Source of the DNA: Trichoplax sp. H2
Taxonomy: Eukaryota
Length of the DNA stretch: 64,000 nt
Assembly: GCA_003344405.1 (NCBI GenBank)
Contig: NOWV01000002.1
Span: 1,178,001-1,242,000, forward strand
Reading direction: 5' to 3'
The notes under the pieces were generated by a model, which did no database searches, was not told where the DNA came from, and saw only the letters and a program-made list of their open reading frames with translations. How positions within the stretch are numbered: the first letter of the stretch is position 1; every line of letters starts with the position of its first letter. This document shows, in pieces, positions 1-13,181 of the stretch. The position numbers and the translations under genes are program-made.

Positions 1-346
1 GAATTCTATTGTAGGCTATGGCTTATACTACATGAATAATCATTTTTTTGACACATCGTTGGCAATGAGCTCCGTAAATGCTTTACCTGTCATTGCTTTG
101 TCATTTCATGACCAAGAGCCTTGATTATTATATGTTATAGAAGATTTTGCTATACATGTATGAATTCTATTGTAGGCTATGGCTTATACTACATGAATAA
201 TCATTTTTTTGATACATCGTTGGCAATGAGCTCCGTAAATGCTTTACCTGCCATTGCTTTGTCATTTCATTACTGAGATTATGCATGGAGAACCTTGATT
301 ATTGTATGTTATAGGAGATTTTGCTATACCTGTATGAATTCTATTG
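1..346. repeat. ~161-174 bp tandem repeat (2+ copies, truncated by window edge)
   Basis: GAATTCTATTG recurs at 1, 162 and 336, and the intervening sequence is near-identical. Confidence 0.9.
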
Positions 347-1894
347 CAAACTCGAGAGTATCGATGCCATTTCCGTACGTTGAGTACGGAAATGGCGCAT
401 TACTTACTAGGAAAATGTTGCAGACTGTGAACTCTGTGCCGTGACCGCGTACTACGTTCTACAGACAGCATGGAAAATGAGTGCTGCTTCCGCACTTGAG
501 TGGAGCCATGGTCTTTCTCAATCGATCCAAATGCATCATGATCACTATTTACCTATTGGCTATCGGTAATATCTACTTTAAATTGATAGTTTTTACTATT
601 ATGATGCATCGGCAGCTACTAATGCTACTCTACGCTATGGACTGTAGACATGAATCCTACAAATGATCATTCAAAATACCGGACATGGCATCCCTTTCTG
701 TATTTGTCTGCTATTCTATGGCGGCTTTATTGACGATGACAAAGTTGAACACTGGATTTGCATCGTATAGTAAAAGTGTTGGAAGTGTTCAACCGATGCA
801 AAACAATACCAATGTTCAAGTCAGTTGAAAGTGGACAGATATAGACTAACTTTCACGTTGAGTGAGCTTACAAGTAAGGAAAGAAAATTCAGTTCATTAT
901 CAAGAGGGGAAAATGGATAGCGACGAGCATAACAGTCGCATCGCTGTATGGTACATGTGTAAGTATTGTAGGGTAGAGTATAGCAGCCATTGGCAATGTT
1001 ATGACACTCTTCAAGTATACTTGCATCAGGGAAAAAGCAGAGTAATAATTAGGGACTACTAAGCCCTTGATAGGATTGTAGCAATGCTGCCCTAACCGCA
1101 AGTTCTTGCTAATACTGCAGGAATAGTAGTATACTTGAAAAAGTCAGCAGTAACAATGGTTAGTCATGATATCGTCGTCAATCGATCGGACATGACTGCC
1201 CAAGGGATTGAATAAGAAAGGCTAACCATTAGTCCAGTAGGGTAAAGGCGAGTATTTTCAAGGTAAAATAGTCCGAAGAAAAGGAGATGAGATACTGTAA
1301 ATTGGAATTGTTGTTTGAGGATTGCAACACCATGGTGCTACAAGGTCTAGTCACTAGTGAGTTTAAAGGATAGCGTAGCACTCTACGAGTCCGATACAAA
1401 TTCAAGTTGGCTATCGAAAGTGGTCAATCGCGACTCATTTTGAGTATCTTCCTTCTTCAGGAAATTTAGCTGCAAACTGAAAATTCAACGTGTATCATTG
1501 CATAATGTGCCATTAGTCTCTCTACAATCGACTACATACTGCAAGTAAATTTCAAGTAGTTGCTCCATGTGATTAGAGTAGCGTTTTCATTGTCGTAGCT
1601 GACATCTTACGCTACTGCGAGCCTGATGTTGACACATAACGTGATTTGATGGAGTACTTACGTCGTTGGCAAAAGGGAGAGATGTTGCTAGCACAGGTTT
1701 TACTTGAAGGCAAGACTTGTATCGATGATATCAGCAAGAATTTGGCGATTCTTGACGCCACTTTACCAGTAGCAATCTCTTGAAAGCAGTAAAATCAATC
1801 TTTCGCCAGAAAAGATTTTCTCGCCTATTTGGACATACTATAGGACAGCACAGTCAAGAATCTTCTGCTTCGCCTACAGTCCTCTTCAGCACGA

Positions 1895-3070
1895 CCTTAC
1901 CGTATGCAGTACACAACACTGTACACTGTACACTGTAGCGGCAAGGAGGGAAAGCTGGGAAATCCACAAGATCACGTGTCCTACGGTACATTGTACACTG
2001 TAGGCAGGGAGTGTACTGTACACTGTGGCTACTGGACGGTGTCAGCCAGTTCACTTGACCGTCGCTGTCTCCACCACTCGGTCCGGCCCAGTCCAGTTCG
2101 AGCTGAATCGCTCATTTTTGAACCCAACCCTTCAATTACGGAACGGAGCCGATCGGTTCTAGAGCCGACAGTTCGGTTCGGAGTCCACCTTGAGCCGTCA
2201 GTTCAATATGGACAGTAGTACCCGTACGTAGTTATAGTGTACAGTATTGGAGAAGTCACGGACTTACGGACGTAAGTTACGGTCTACCGTATGCAGTACA
2301 GTACTGTACTGTACTGTACTGTACAGTATACTGTCTGGACTGTAGTGGCAAGGAGGGAAATCAACGAAATCCACATGGTCACGGGTTTTATAGTACATTG
2401 TACACTGTAGAACTACACTGTACACTGTACTGTACACTGTGGCCACTGGACGGTGTCAGCCAATTCACTTGACCGTCGCTATCCCCTCGACTCGGTCCAG
2501 TCCAGTCCAGTTCACAGTCGAGCTGAATCGCTCATTTTTGAACCCAACCATTCAATTACGGAACGAAGCCGATCGGTTCGGAGTCCACCTTGAGCCGTCG
2601 GTTCAATATGGACAGTACCCGTACGTAGTTATACTGAGTATTGGAGAAGTCACGGACTTACGGACGTAAGTTACGGTCTACCGTATGCAGTACATTATTA
2701 AACTGTACACTGTCTGGACTGTAGCGGCAAGGAGGGAAATCAACGAAATCCACATGATCACATGTTTCACAGTACATTGTACACTGTAGGCAGGGAGTGT
2801 ACTGTACACTGTGGCTACTGGACTGTGTCAGCCAGTTCACTTGACCGTCGCTGTTCCCACCACTCGGTCCAGTCCAGTCCAGTTCCCAGTCGGGCTGAAT
2901 CGCTCATTTTTTGAACCCAACCCTTCAATTACGGAACGGAGCCAATCGGTTCTAGAGCCGACAGTTCGGTTCGGAGTCCACCTTGAGCCGTCGGTTCAAT
3001 ATGAACAGTACCCGTATGCAGTGATAGAGTATTGGAGAAGTCACGGACTTACGGACGTAAGTTTCGGTCT
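1895..3070. repeat. ~390-395 bp GC/CpG-richer tandem repeat, 3 copies
   Basis: GGAGAAGTCACGGACTTACGGACGTAAGTT at ~2249, ~2643 and ~3034. The ORF track shows repeated translated segments (RFGVHLEPSVQY). Confidence 0.92.
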
Positions 3071-3504
3071 AGGAATCAGGTGCAAGTCTTCCAACTTCTT
3101 ATACAGTACAGTATACCAATATAATAATAATAATACATACACATCAAGAATACATAGCCCGGCGAACTTTGATGCTGCTCTTGGCAATGTTACAGCAAGT
3201 ACTTGACGGTTGGAAAGGGGGCCGTAATTGAAAAGAACATCCAACGAAAGGATAAACTATTTTATCCATGTTTACCATTTTAGGATCTGTTTCCATCGTG
3301 ATAGTCGCAAAGGAAGTACGCTACAGAGAGACACCCACCGGACGACCCGTTCCGTTGTAAATCCCTTACCAACCAACCAACGGGTAGCATAACGCCATTC
3401 CAGTAGACTGCAGTTACAGTACTATGGGGAGTATTTTTGCGCCAGTCGAAATGGGGAAGATGGAGGCATGGACTACTCGTTGTACTGTATAAAACTGCAC
3501 TGTA

Positions 3505-4180
3505 GAACACAGTATGGACAGCCATGACTACGGTTGGACAGACATGCCAAGCATCAAATGATAGTATTAATACAGTATGAATAGTCTACAGTATAGTACT
3601 GAGAACACAGTATGGCATTACAGCCATGACTACAGTAGGACAGCCATGCAAAAAGCAAGACAGTATGGCATGACAGGCAGTACGGTTGGACAGACATGCA
3701 AAGCATCAAATGATGGTATGAATACAGAGTATGAATAACAGTATGAATAGTCTACTGTACAGTATAGTACTGAGAACACAATATGGCATGACAGCCACGA
3801 CTACAGACCTACAGTAGGACAGACACACAAAGCATCAAGCAAGTCGGTATGGCATGACTACAGTAGGACAGACATGCAAAGCATAAAGCAAGACAGCATG
3901 GCATGACAGGCAGTACGGTTGGACAGACATGCAAAGCATCAAATGATAGTATGAATACGGTATGAATAGTCTACTATACAGTATAGTACTAACAACACAG
4001 TATGGCATGAGAGCCACAACTACAGACCTACAATTGGACAGACACGCAAAGCATCAAGCAAGTCAGTATAGCATGACAGCCATGACTACGGTTGGACAGA
4101 CATGTAAAGCAGAAAGCAACACAGGATAGTATGACAGCCATGACTGCAGACCTACTGTAGGACAGACATGCCCAGCATCC
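3505..4180. repeat. Modular minisatellite upstream of the TMED gene
   Basis: About 9 copies of a GGACAG(A/C)CAYGCAAAGCA-like core alternate with related sub-units of variable length (e.g. TATGAATAGTCTAC...AGTACTGAGAACAC). Confidence 0.88.
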
Positions 4181-4390
4181 ACACGACGCCAGGCTACAGT
4201 ACCTAGTCGCAGCTACAGTACAAGCTATCCTAAGTTGGACACGTATGCATCGTCGACTCTACTGCACATGCGTGGTGTCCATCTCGATCGCCCCAAGCGA
4301 AATCGACGCCTACGACATTAGCATCAAATCCGCAATCGCTGTTGGACTTTCGCATTTAGTCGATTAATCCATGTACAAAGTGGCCAAAGG

Positions 4391-6887
4391 ATGCTTAAGA
4401 ACGACAGGATATGGATTACTTCACTATTATTGCTATTGGTTACATGTTCTTGGTGTGTAGAATTAACCTTTGAATTGCCTGACAATTCTGTCGAGTGTTT
4501 CTACGAAGATCTAACCAAGAATGGTAAAACAACGCTTGAATATCAAGTAGGTTCTTTGAGTGGATGTCTTACTTTCCACTTTCTTTAATCACGATATTCA
4601 TGTCTACTCAAGTCGCGTTTTTTTCCCCCCCTCCATGACTGGTTCCAATTATCCATGTTAAGCCATTTTAATGCCTACCCTATCCATAGTCATGTCCATT
4701 TTTCCATCTTCAAATGATTGGCGTAGTACAATACTGTGCGTATGTCATCATCATAATCGATATCCTAATCAGAAGCCGGGTGGGGTGTCCAAGAAGGGGA
4801 AAAAAAGGCTTCCTCTTCACGCTATAGGCTCTACTTTACTTTCTATTTTCTCAAAAGAAAGTCTTATAGTCATTGATCAGTAGTAGTTGTCAGTTATAGC
4901 AAGAAGAGGAAATTGCTGCCGACGCTTTGGAGATTGGTATGGACTACATCAAGTGTGACGAATCAACCAAACACAATTTCTCAAATACTGGATTACGCGT
5001 ACGTCGTCTACGCGTAGTTCTTATAAGAAACAAGGGTCTTTAAAATGAGATCAATCCAACGATATCCATTCTACTCTACAGCATAATCCATTGACTTGAT
5101 CCAGTGAGACTAAAATCTTCTTCTGAACAATTAAATGCTACTTGTCAAACTCTGTACAGCAAAATAGGTCTTGTATGTTATTCAAGTACCAACAAATTCG
5201 TCCAGAAATAAACCATGACCTACTCAATGAAGATGGTTGAGCGATTACAGTGTTAATCCATGGCTTTCATATCATCAAGTTAAAACTTTTGTGTGTAAGC
5301 TCTACAAATACCTATAGTATGCTTATTCTTAGTTGTTAATCCGCAAAATATCTCGTCACCTACTCGAGTAGAGGAGTACTCAATAACAATTCTGCCAATC
5401 ATTCCTTCCAATTAGACCTTGTTGGACTATCAATGCTTTCACAGACTTTACCGTTCTCGACCGTATTTCAAGTTTCATGCCTGTTATCCAGCAGGTAGTT
5501 CTAGTCAATCCATGTCCTTATTGATCACATAGAGCCAAATTGATACGTTATGTTAATTGTATAAATGCTATGTATTCACAAAATTGAATGGTTTCTGCTT
5601 GCATGAAGTCAACATTCGTGGAATGATAAGCTCTGTTAGTTTGTCTTGTCTAGGACAGTGTATGGCTACAGTGTCGTCAAGGATTCATCGTTTAGTAAGT
5701 CTGGATTTTGAATTTGAAGCAATGGCCTATGTCAGCATTTGTACTTTATACTGTATCCCTATATCAATCACGATAATGGATCTACTTGTTCAATGTCTAT
5801 ATATAATGTTAACGAGAGCATGGACTACGAAACTATGATTTTTTCAGTAGTCCATGACTAGACGTTAGTTACGCCTAAGGTAATTTAGGCTTTCAGGCGG
5901 CTTCTCTTCTCGCTTAAAAGCCGGCTGAAATCATCAAATTCGGATACTGCAGTGACTTTATCGTCTAGCTGACTACGATCTAGCAAATAGATTTAATTTG
6001 TATCCAATTTAGACATATTCTGTATATCTCAGCACTCATAAAAGAGCATCATTTTCAATTAACCAATGATCACACACGGTAAGAACATCATCATCCTACC
6101 TTATAGCAAAAGAGTGCGGTGAATGATCCCATTCGTCATTTCGTTACTACAGTCATTAGGTCGAATAGAATGGGCTAGACGAAATCATCTCCTTGATTAT
6201 CAGTATCCTTTACACAAAAATAGGATAGGCCATGTCAAACTCTCTGCTCGACTAAAGTAGAATGAGGTTTCTCATCTCAACTGTTGTAGAAATAAAATGA
6301 AATACGTATACATTTGCAAATGGGTTAGCCTAACAACGGATTCGATTAACAAGTACTTTTTGTTCACAGCTTGTTAACTCTACTCCATTATTTCAACTCC
6401 GTTTTCTCTGTTGTAGGTACTTTCTGGTGGAAATTACGATGTCGATGTGGTTATAAAAGGTCCAGATTCCGGTCAGATATACTCTGGCCAAAGAAAACAG
6501 TATGACAGCCATACGTTTTCAGCGGAGTCCGATGGCGTTTACAGTTTCTGCTTTAGCAACGAGTTTTCATCATTTACTCATAAAGTCATCTACTTTGATC
6601 TAGTCGTAGGTGATGAAGCACCTATTTTGGATAGACTGAACAAGAAGCAATCAGCTCTGACACAATTAGAGAGTTCATGTGTGAACATTCATGAAAATTT
6701 GAACGTTTTGATCGACGTTCAGACTCATCACCGTAATCGAGAATCTGCTGGAAGGAATTTAGCTGAATTATTAAACGAGCGAGTATCATATTGGTCGGTT
6801 GGAGAATCGGTTATTATTGTTATTATAGGCATTGGTCAAGTTTGGCTTTTAAGACGATTTTTTACTACTAAAAAGTCAACTCTGTAA
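4391..6887 (+). CDS. TMED7: p24 gamma-subfamily cargo receptor (TMED3/TMED7-like)
   Basis: Exons 4391-4546 and 6417-6887 with a phase-0 GT-AG intron. Signal peptide, GOLD domain (VELTFELPDNSVECFYED..YQVLSGGNYDVD..YSFCFSNEFSSFTHKVIYFD), coiled coil, TM helix and FF-containing tail (RRFFTTKKSTL). TMED3 versus TMED7 cannot be resolved. Confidence 0.93.
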
Positions 6888-7380
6888 TACAGCCAAGATA
6901 CTATTTTGCGTATTATGTAAACATTTTTTTTTCCAGTTTCAATCTTCAATTAATAATATCAATAAATTAATTAATTATATACTGTATGTTCTCTTTTCCT
7001 TAAATAAAAATTGGTTTCACCACGGTCTAAATTTTTGGGTTTGTACTGCTATGACTATCCAATATCTCTCTTACCTTGTTATTTACGGTACTACAAACTG
7101 AAATGGATCTTTTGCGTGCTACTAAAGATGCGTGCATCACTATCTTTTTTTAATAGTGTCGTATTCATTGACAATGTTAGAGCTAATATCTGCTTAAAAT
7201 CCCATTGCATGAGTTGTACTCTGGATTGATATTGAAGTTTGCAAAGGTATGAAATTACTCTAGAAAGTTACTATCATTCTATCACTGTATAGAGCTGGAC
7301 GAATGCAGTTCCATCAGTGTTGAGCAACTGCATTTATTAGACATTAAATTGGTATTGTAAAATGGGCAGGACTCACCAGA

Positions 7381-7755
7381 GTACTCAGAACATGGAAGCT
7401 ATCGTTCCATGTTGTTGCTAAATTCATGACTCCTATAATATTCCAATTTCATGAAATGACAGTCCATGATGGCAATGCTCAGAACACGAAGCTATCGCTC
7501 CATGTTATTGCTAAATGCATGACTCCTTCAATATTCCAATTTCATGAAATGACAGTCCATGATGGTAGTACTCAGAACGACGAAGCTATCATTCCATGTT
7601 GCTAAATTCAAGACTCCTTCAATATTCCAATTTCATGAAATGACAGTCCATGATGGTAGTACTCCGAACACGAAGCTATCGTTCCATAGTATTACTAAAT
7701 TCATGACTCCTTCAATATTCCAATTTCATGTAATGACTCTTCATGATGGCAATAC
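7381..7755. repeat. ~92 bp tandem repeat, ~4 copies
   Basis: GACTCCT..AATATTCCAATTTCATG recurs at ~7428, 7521, 7612 and 7705. Confidence 0.88.
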
Positions 7756-8387
7756 CAACGTTCCGCACTTGATTTTCATTTTGCAAGTACTCATGACATC
7801 TGTCTCGTCAATCTCTTCCTTTCCCTTCGATGATCGTATTCGTTTTAGCTCAGCAGGACATTGCCGCTATCACTTTCATTTTATTTTCATTTGACAATCA
7901 GCTATCAATGCAGGTCCAAGGCCAGCATGCCATCCTCGATTGCAGAGTTAGTGATGTAATGGAGCATCCGCTTTCTGTTGTATCCATATTGTTGACATAG
8001 TCCTAAATGAGTGCAATATCCTATTTGCATACACAGTACATAGAGACTGCACTAAAGTGAGATTATTTGGACGTCTTATTACAGTCTGTCTAAAGTCTTC
8101 CAAATTCTCATGCCTACAAAAGTATAATATTGCGATGGGCAGTCAAGGCAGTATAAACTTGCACCATCATAATCAGTAAATAGTAGAACAGAGTTGTCCT
8201 ATTCCTTCCCATCACGAGACTTGCTGTTGTGTTGTGGACTGTACAATATATTACGTTGTAGTTGTTTATAAGCGGAATACAAGAGTCGAATTTTCTCGCT
8301 GATCTTGAGTTAAAAGTTAATTTCATCAGCTATACTCTGGTCCCATCGTACACGCCTGGAAGGAGAGAAATCGAGCAAGATTCCAAA

Positions 8388-11300
8388 ATGGTACAACAAT
8401 AATTCTAGTCAAAAAATGTCGCCCATGTCTGATTACTCTATTGATTATAATAATGTAATGCATTGCAAAATGAACGTGGATGACGGTGAAATTCTATATC
8501 ATATTGTTGTGAATAATTTGGGACTGTTATCGAGTTGATCCTTTCATGGAGGATTTTTTTTCCTGCCGTAGACCATTACTTCTCTATCAGCATGCATTGA
8601 CGTAGGATAGAGTTGCAAGAATTGTCCCAATTTCATCACCACTATCTTTAGTAATGCTGTTGGCTTACCATAAAATTCAATGAAATGATCAGTCTCTATG
8701 CAATGTAGATAGATTATGAAGTTTTCTTGATGACATTTGTTCACAGTACTTTCATATCAGCAAGTAACTAGTCTACAGTATTTATTTTATTTTTCTGCTG
8801 TAGACCACCACTTCTCTATCAGCATACATTGGCATATAATAGAGTTGCAAGAATTGTCCCAATTTCATCACCACTAACTTTAGTAATGTTGTTGGCTTAC
8901 CATAAAATTCAATGAAATGATCAATCTCTATGCAATGTAGATAGATTATGAAGTTTTCTTGATGACATTTGTTCACAGCACTTTCATTTACGGTTGAACT
9001 AGTTATCAAATAACAAAACGCCTTCTGAAGCATATGTATAAATATACAAATGACCATCAGCAAGTAGCTACCATAGTCTGCAGTATTGATTTTAACGTCG
9101 ATATCATAGCAGTATCGAATGTACAACATATGGATTAAGAAATGAGTTCAATCATTTAATAGTTCGAATTGTTGATAGGCTGAATTAATATTCTAATTGA
9201 TGAAATACAGCAACATATTACTCTAAAATCGTACTGACAATTTCATACTGACTTGGAATTTGGAAAGCAAGTCGATTCAACGTAATCGTTTTCGTCTGAT
9301 AATTTTATTATTCTTCATGATACTGCCATTAACTTATATCACTTTCTATCATGGTAATGGAACAGGCCGCCGAATTACCTCAGCAATCTATTGAAAGTAA
9401 GTAACAAACTTTCATTATGATGTTCTAATCCATACATAAAATGCACCCTACTGATTGAAATTGTAGCCAAATAATAGTATAGGATAGAAATTGAATAGAG
9501 CCAACTTTCGAATTTACTCCAGGTTATTGTTAGCGATTAGTATGAGTAGTTTACTGCATAGAGGTTTTTACCTCTATGGTGAAGAATATTAATAAGTAAA
9601 ACTAACGTTGCAGTCTTACAGGAAGTTGATCATTTACTTAACACACACAAAGAAAATATGGATGTTATTGCAACTTCCAGTTGCGAAATTCTACGATCCT
9701 GTATATGCCAATTTGACACTCTAATGCAATGTAGTACTGTAGTCGTATGAATATTTGTTGTGAGAATATTATCCCCGTAGCGCAGTCCAAATCCATTCGT
9801 GATTGTACTACCTAGCTACAGCATTAACATTTCAATATAAATCATGAGTTCAAAGTGATGACCAATGTCTTGCATCTATTCCTTTCGTTGACTTCTTTGA
9901 TAGGAATGATTCAATTAAAGATAGGAATGATTCGATTAAACGAATCATTTGTTGAGCTGTATAGTGTACATCTTTGAAAATTAGATTATATGCTGCAGTC
10001 CTATCATTGATGATAATTAATGATATCTCTCTCTCTCTCTATAATTATTATTCATTACTCAAGCTAGTGAGGGAAGTAGTAGCTGGTGACATGAGTAGAT
10101 TTCATCTGGACTCCAACTTAATTATTTCTGAAGTAAATCTTTAGTGTCCTCGGAGCTTGCTAGCAAAATGGCGTATTAAATAGAACTGCAAAGCATAGTC
10201 TCGTAAAGTTTACTCGATTTTACTACTGTTCTACATTCTGTAGCCTGTTGCTAAGAATGCTTAATCCCAAGTGTGAAGTATGAGCTGTACAGTGTACGTC
10301 TTGAAAATTAGATTATATGCTGCAGTCCTATCATTGATTATTATTCATTACTCAAGCTAGTGAAGAAAGAGTCGCTGGTGGCATGAGTACATTTCGCCTA
10401 GACTCCAACTTAATTATTTCTGAAGTAAATCAATAGTATCCTCGGAGCTTGCTAGTAAAATGGCGTATTAAATAGAACTGCAAAGCATAGTCCCGTAAAG
10501 TTTACTCGATTTTACTACTGTTCAGAAACATTCTGTAGCCTGTTGCTAAGAATGCTTAATCCCAAGTATGAATTTAGAAGAGATTAGTTCTTCGCTCAGA
10601 TTCACTCTATCATTGTTTTACAACCATTTTAATAAAATCAGTTTGTGTACTGCATAAAACTGCCAAGTGCAGTCCTAGAAAGTTTATTTGACTTAGTACC
10701 ATTAACCATTCTTTATTCTGTTGCTGACAAGCTAGTGCTTCGCTCAGATAAAATGGATCATTTCTTGTTTTATAACACTTTAATACAATCAGCTTTTTTG
10801 TCAGTATAAAGTATATCAACTTGAACTTATCAAGTCCTGAGGAATGATAATTCAAACGTAAAATTTTCAACATATCAAGGATATGCAATGGTATTTCATT
10901 ACAGTCTTATGCTAATTTTTACTAACCAGGATTTAAAGAATGCTTCAACTATTACGATTTCAATCATACGGGTACGATAGCAATGGATCAGCTATCGCTT
11001 GTAATGCAATCTCTAGAATTCTATCCAACACAATTGGAACTTAAAGAGATTATTCGCCAATACGATAGACGAGGTGATTATCATTTATCGATAGACTGCT
11101 GTAAATGGAGTCAATCAATATCTAGTTTAAATAGTAACTAGAGACTCGTACAAATGCCGTGATAAAATTTGAATCGATTGTAAACGAATATCTTTAATTA
11201 TATACTGCATGACTGTAATAGACTCGTATATTGACGATTATTTAATTGATTTTGATGACTAATGGTATATGTGGAAGGCGTAACATTCCCTGATTTTCTC

Positions 11301-11784
11301 GAAATTATGGCTGGTCTGGCACAGAGGAATTTGAACACGGAAATTTTAGAAGCATTCCAAGCTTACGACGAAGCAGGCACTGGTACAATTCACATACGTG
11401 ATCTGAAAAGAATTTTACAGACAACAGGGCAAAAGCTATCGTCTGCGGATAGTATGTATACTAATGGAAATGATTAGTCTTTTAATAGTTCAATTTTACA
11501 AATCGCAACTACAGCACTAAAGTACAACACCATCATCCTTTCCTATAGTTAAGCATGCTATGGAGCTAGCAGGAGCTGGAACTGCTGAAATCATCCATTA
11601 CAGAGGTTGGTCATAATGCAATTATGCTTGTAGATGGTGTACATTTCTAGCATATTTCAGGTTCAATGTAAATGCTTAACTAGATTCTTCATTTGCAATA
11701 GATTTTGTAGGGAAAATAGTTGAGGCTACGAAACAGAACGGTCACCATCAAGATAGCTTGCGTACAAGAACAAAGAAACGATAA
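8388..11784 (+). CDS. Calmodulin-like EF-hand protein (CALML4/myosin light-chain type)
   Basis: Exons 8388-8390 (ATG only, inferred), 9366-9396, 10930-11073, 11278-11451, 11549-11605 and 11702-11784. Protein: M-AAELPQQSIERFKECFNYYDFNHTGTI..YPTQLELKEII..FPDFLEIM..EILEAFQAYDEAGTGTIHIRDLKRILQTTGQKLS..HYRDFVGKI. The 31-nt and 144-nt exons match classic calmodulin gene structure. An alternative in-frame start lies at ~9351/9357. Confidence 0.85.
8555..9087. repeat. ~232 bp direct duplication (intronic)
   Basis: GTAGACCA..ACTTCTCTATCAGCAT at ~8568 and ~8800. Paired spurious ORFs 8544-8744 and 8782-9129 share sequence. Confidence 0.88.
9953..10572. repeat. ~330 bp direct duplication (intronic)
   Basis: TGAGCTGTA.AGTGTAC..GAAAATTAGATTATATGCTGCAGTCC at 9953 and 10281. 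Confidence 0.88.
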
Positions 11785-11927
11785 CTTGCTGCAGTCGAAA
11801 GTAATTTTGGAAGACTTTATACATAGCCCTAGATTGAAGATGTATACGCCGTCTATACAGTAGATTCTACGAGCATATAAAGTAATATGTGTATATTAGG
11901 ATAGTGTATATTATATATATGTGTATA

Positions 11928-12725
11928 TTAGGATAGTGATGCACTTTCCTCTATTGCCAGAACGTTGTATTTGAAGTCCTCAGCTATTTCAAGATGAATC
12001 CATATGTATATATATGTGGACACTTGTAAAAGCGTTTATTCTTCCTATACAGAGTTGATTGCTGTTATAACTATCATCGCTACACTCGCTATATATTCAT
12101 TTCGATCTGATATCAATCAACTACGGTGGATAAATACATCCAGCACAATTCTTTAGAATTAATTGAATTTTATTGTTGTACTTCAACGGTTAATGCAGGG
12201 ACTAGTAAATAAGAACCTCATTAGTAGACCCTTGTTGATGGTACTATACACGTCTCTATTACAAATTATAAAGGACAGCATCTAGATTTTTTCAACTATA
12301 AAAATGACGTCCTTGGTACCACCATACAAGTCCAATAGGATAGTGATGCACTTTCCTCTATTGCCAGAACGTTGTATTGGAAGTCTTCAGCTATTTCAAG
12401 ATGAATCCATATGTATATATAGAGAGACACTTGTAAAAGCGTTTATTTTTTCCTATAGAGAGCTGATTGCTGTTATAACTATCCTTACTACACTCGCTAT
12501 ATATTCATTTCGATCTGATATGAATAAATTACGGTGGGTACAACTCTTTAGAATTATGCCTTAATTGAATTTTATAGTTCTACTTCGACGGTTAATGCAG
12601 GGACTAGTAAAGACGAACCTCATGAGTAAACCCTTGCTGATGGTACTATACATTTCTCTATTACAAATTATAAAGGACAGCATCCAGAATATTTTCAACT
12701 ATAAAAATGACGTCCTTGACACCAC
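11928..12725. repeat. ~405 bp direct duplication between convergent 3' ends
   Basis: TAGGATAGTGATGCACTTTCCTCTATTGCCAGAACG at ~11929 and ~12336. Confidence 0.9.
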
Positions 12726-13181
12726 TATATAAGTTCAAAAAAGCAGCAGCCGCTGAATACTACAGTATTATAACCATGCACCTAAAATTATTTTATCTGC
12801 ACGAGTAAGAGCTAACGCAATGGAAAATTTCAGAATTGATATCCATATTTTTTTATTACTGCAATTGTATCTGTCACAACTAACTATAGAGATTTATAAT
12901 ACACAGTTATCTTACTTTGTAGTCTTTATAATTCGATACAGAAATAAAAAATTCATACAAAATTGAAGGCATAACTTACGCTATGCATGAAAATTTCGCT
13001 ACTCTTAACAAACTCCAGTTGCAATGATACGTTAATATGCGAACTCTAATACTGATATCCATAACAAATACATATCATTTTAAAATGTATATATATATAC
13101 AATATATATGTCATAGAGCAGAGATTACAATCAAAATTGATAATTATGTTCTTACTGTAACATCATTGGATATGAATTTAA

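Noticed and set aside
400..1850. Possible 5' end of a minus-strand gene (GTAAGT donors near 1661 and 407; short ATG frame from ~471)
   Set aside because: No recognisable protein and it cannot be verified inside this window, so left uncalled.
1854..3244. Several 60-131 aa ORFs on both strands
   Set aside because: They are translations of the 394-bp repeat with no protein-like features.
3505..4180. Constant core plus variable inserts resembling a repeat-spacer array
   Set aside because: The inserts are related to each other and recur, so this is a higher-order minisatellite.
6203..6212. GTATCCTTT U12-type donor match in the TMED intron
   Set aside because: No upstream exon or U12 branch site fits, and the TMED frame is complete without it.
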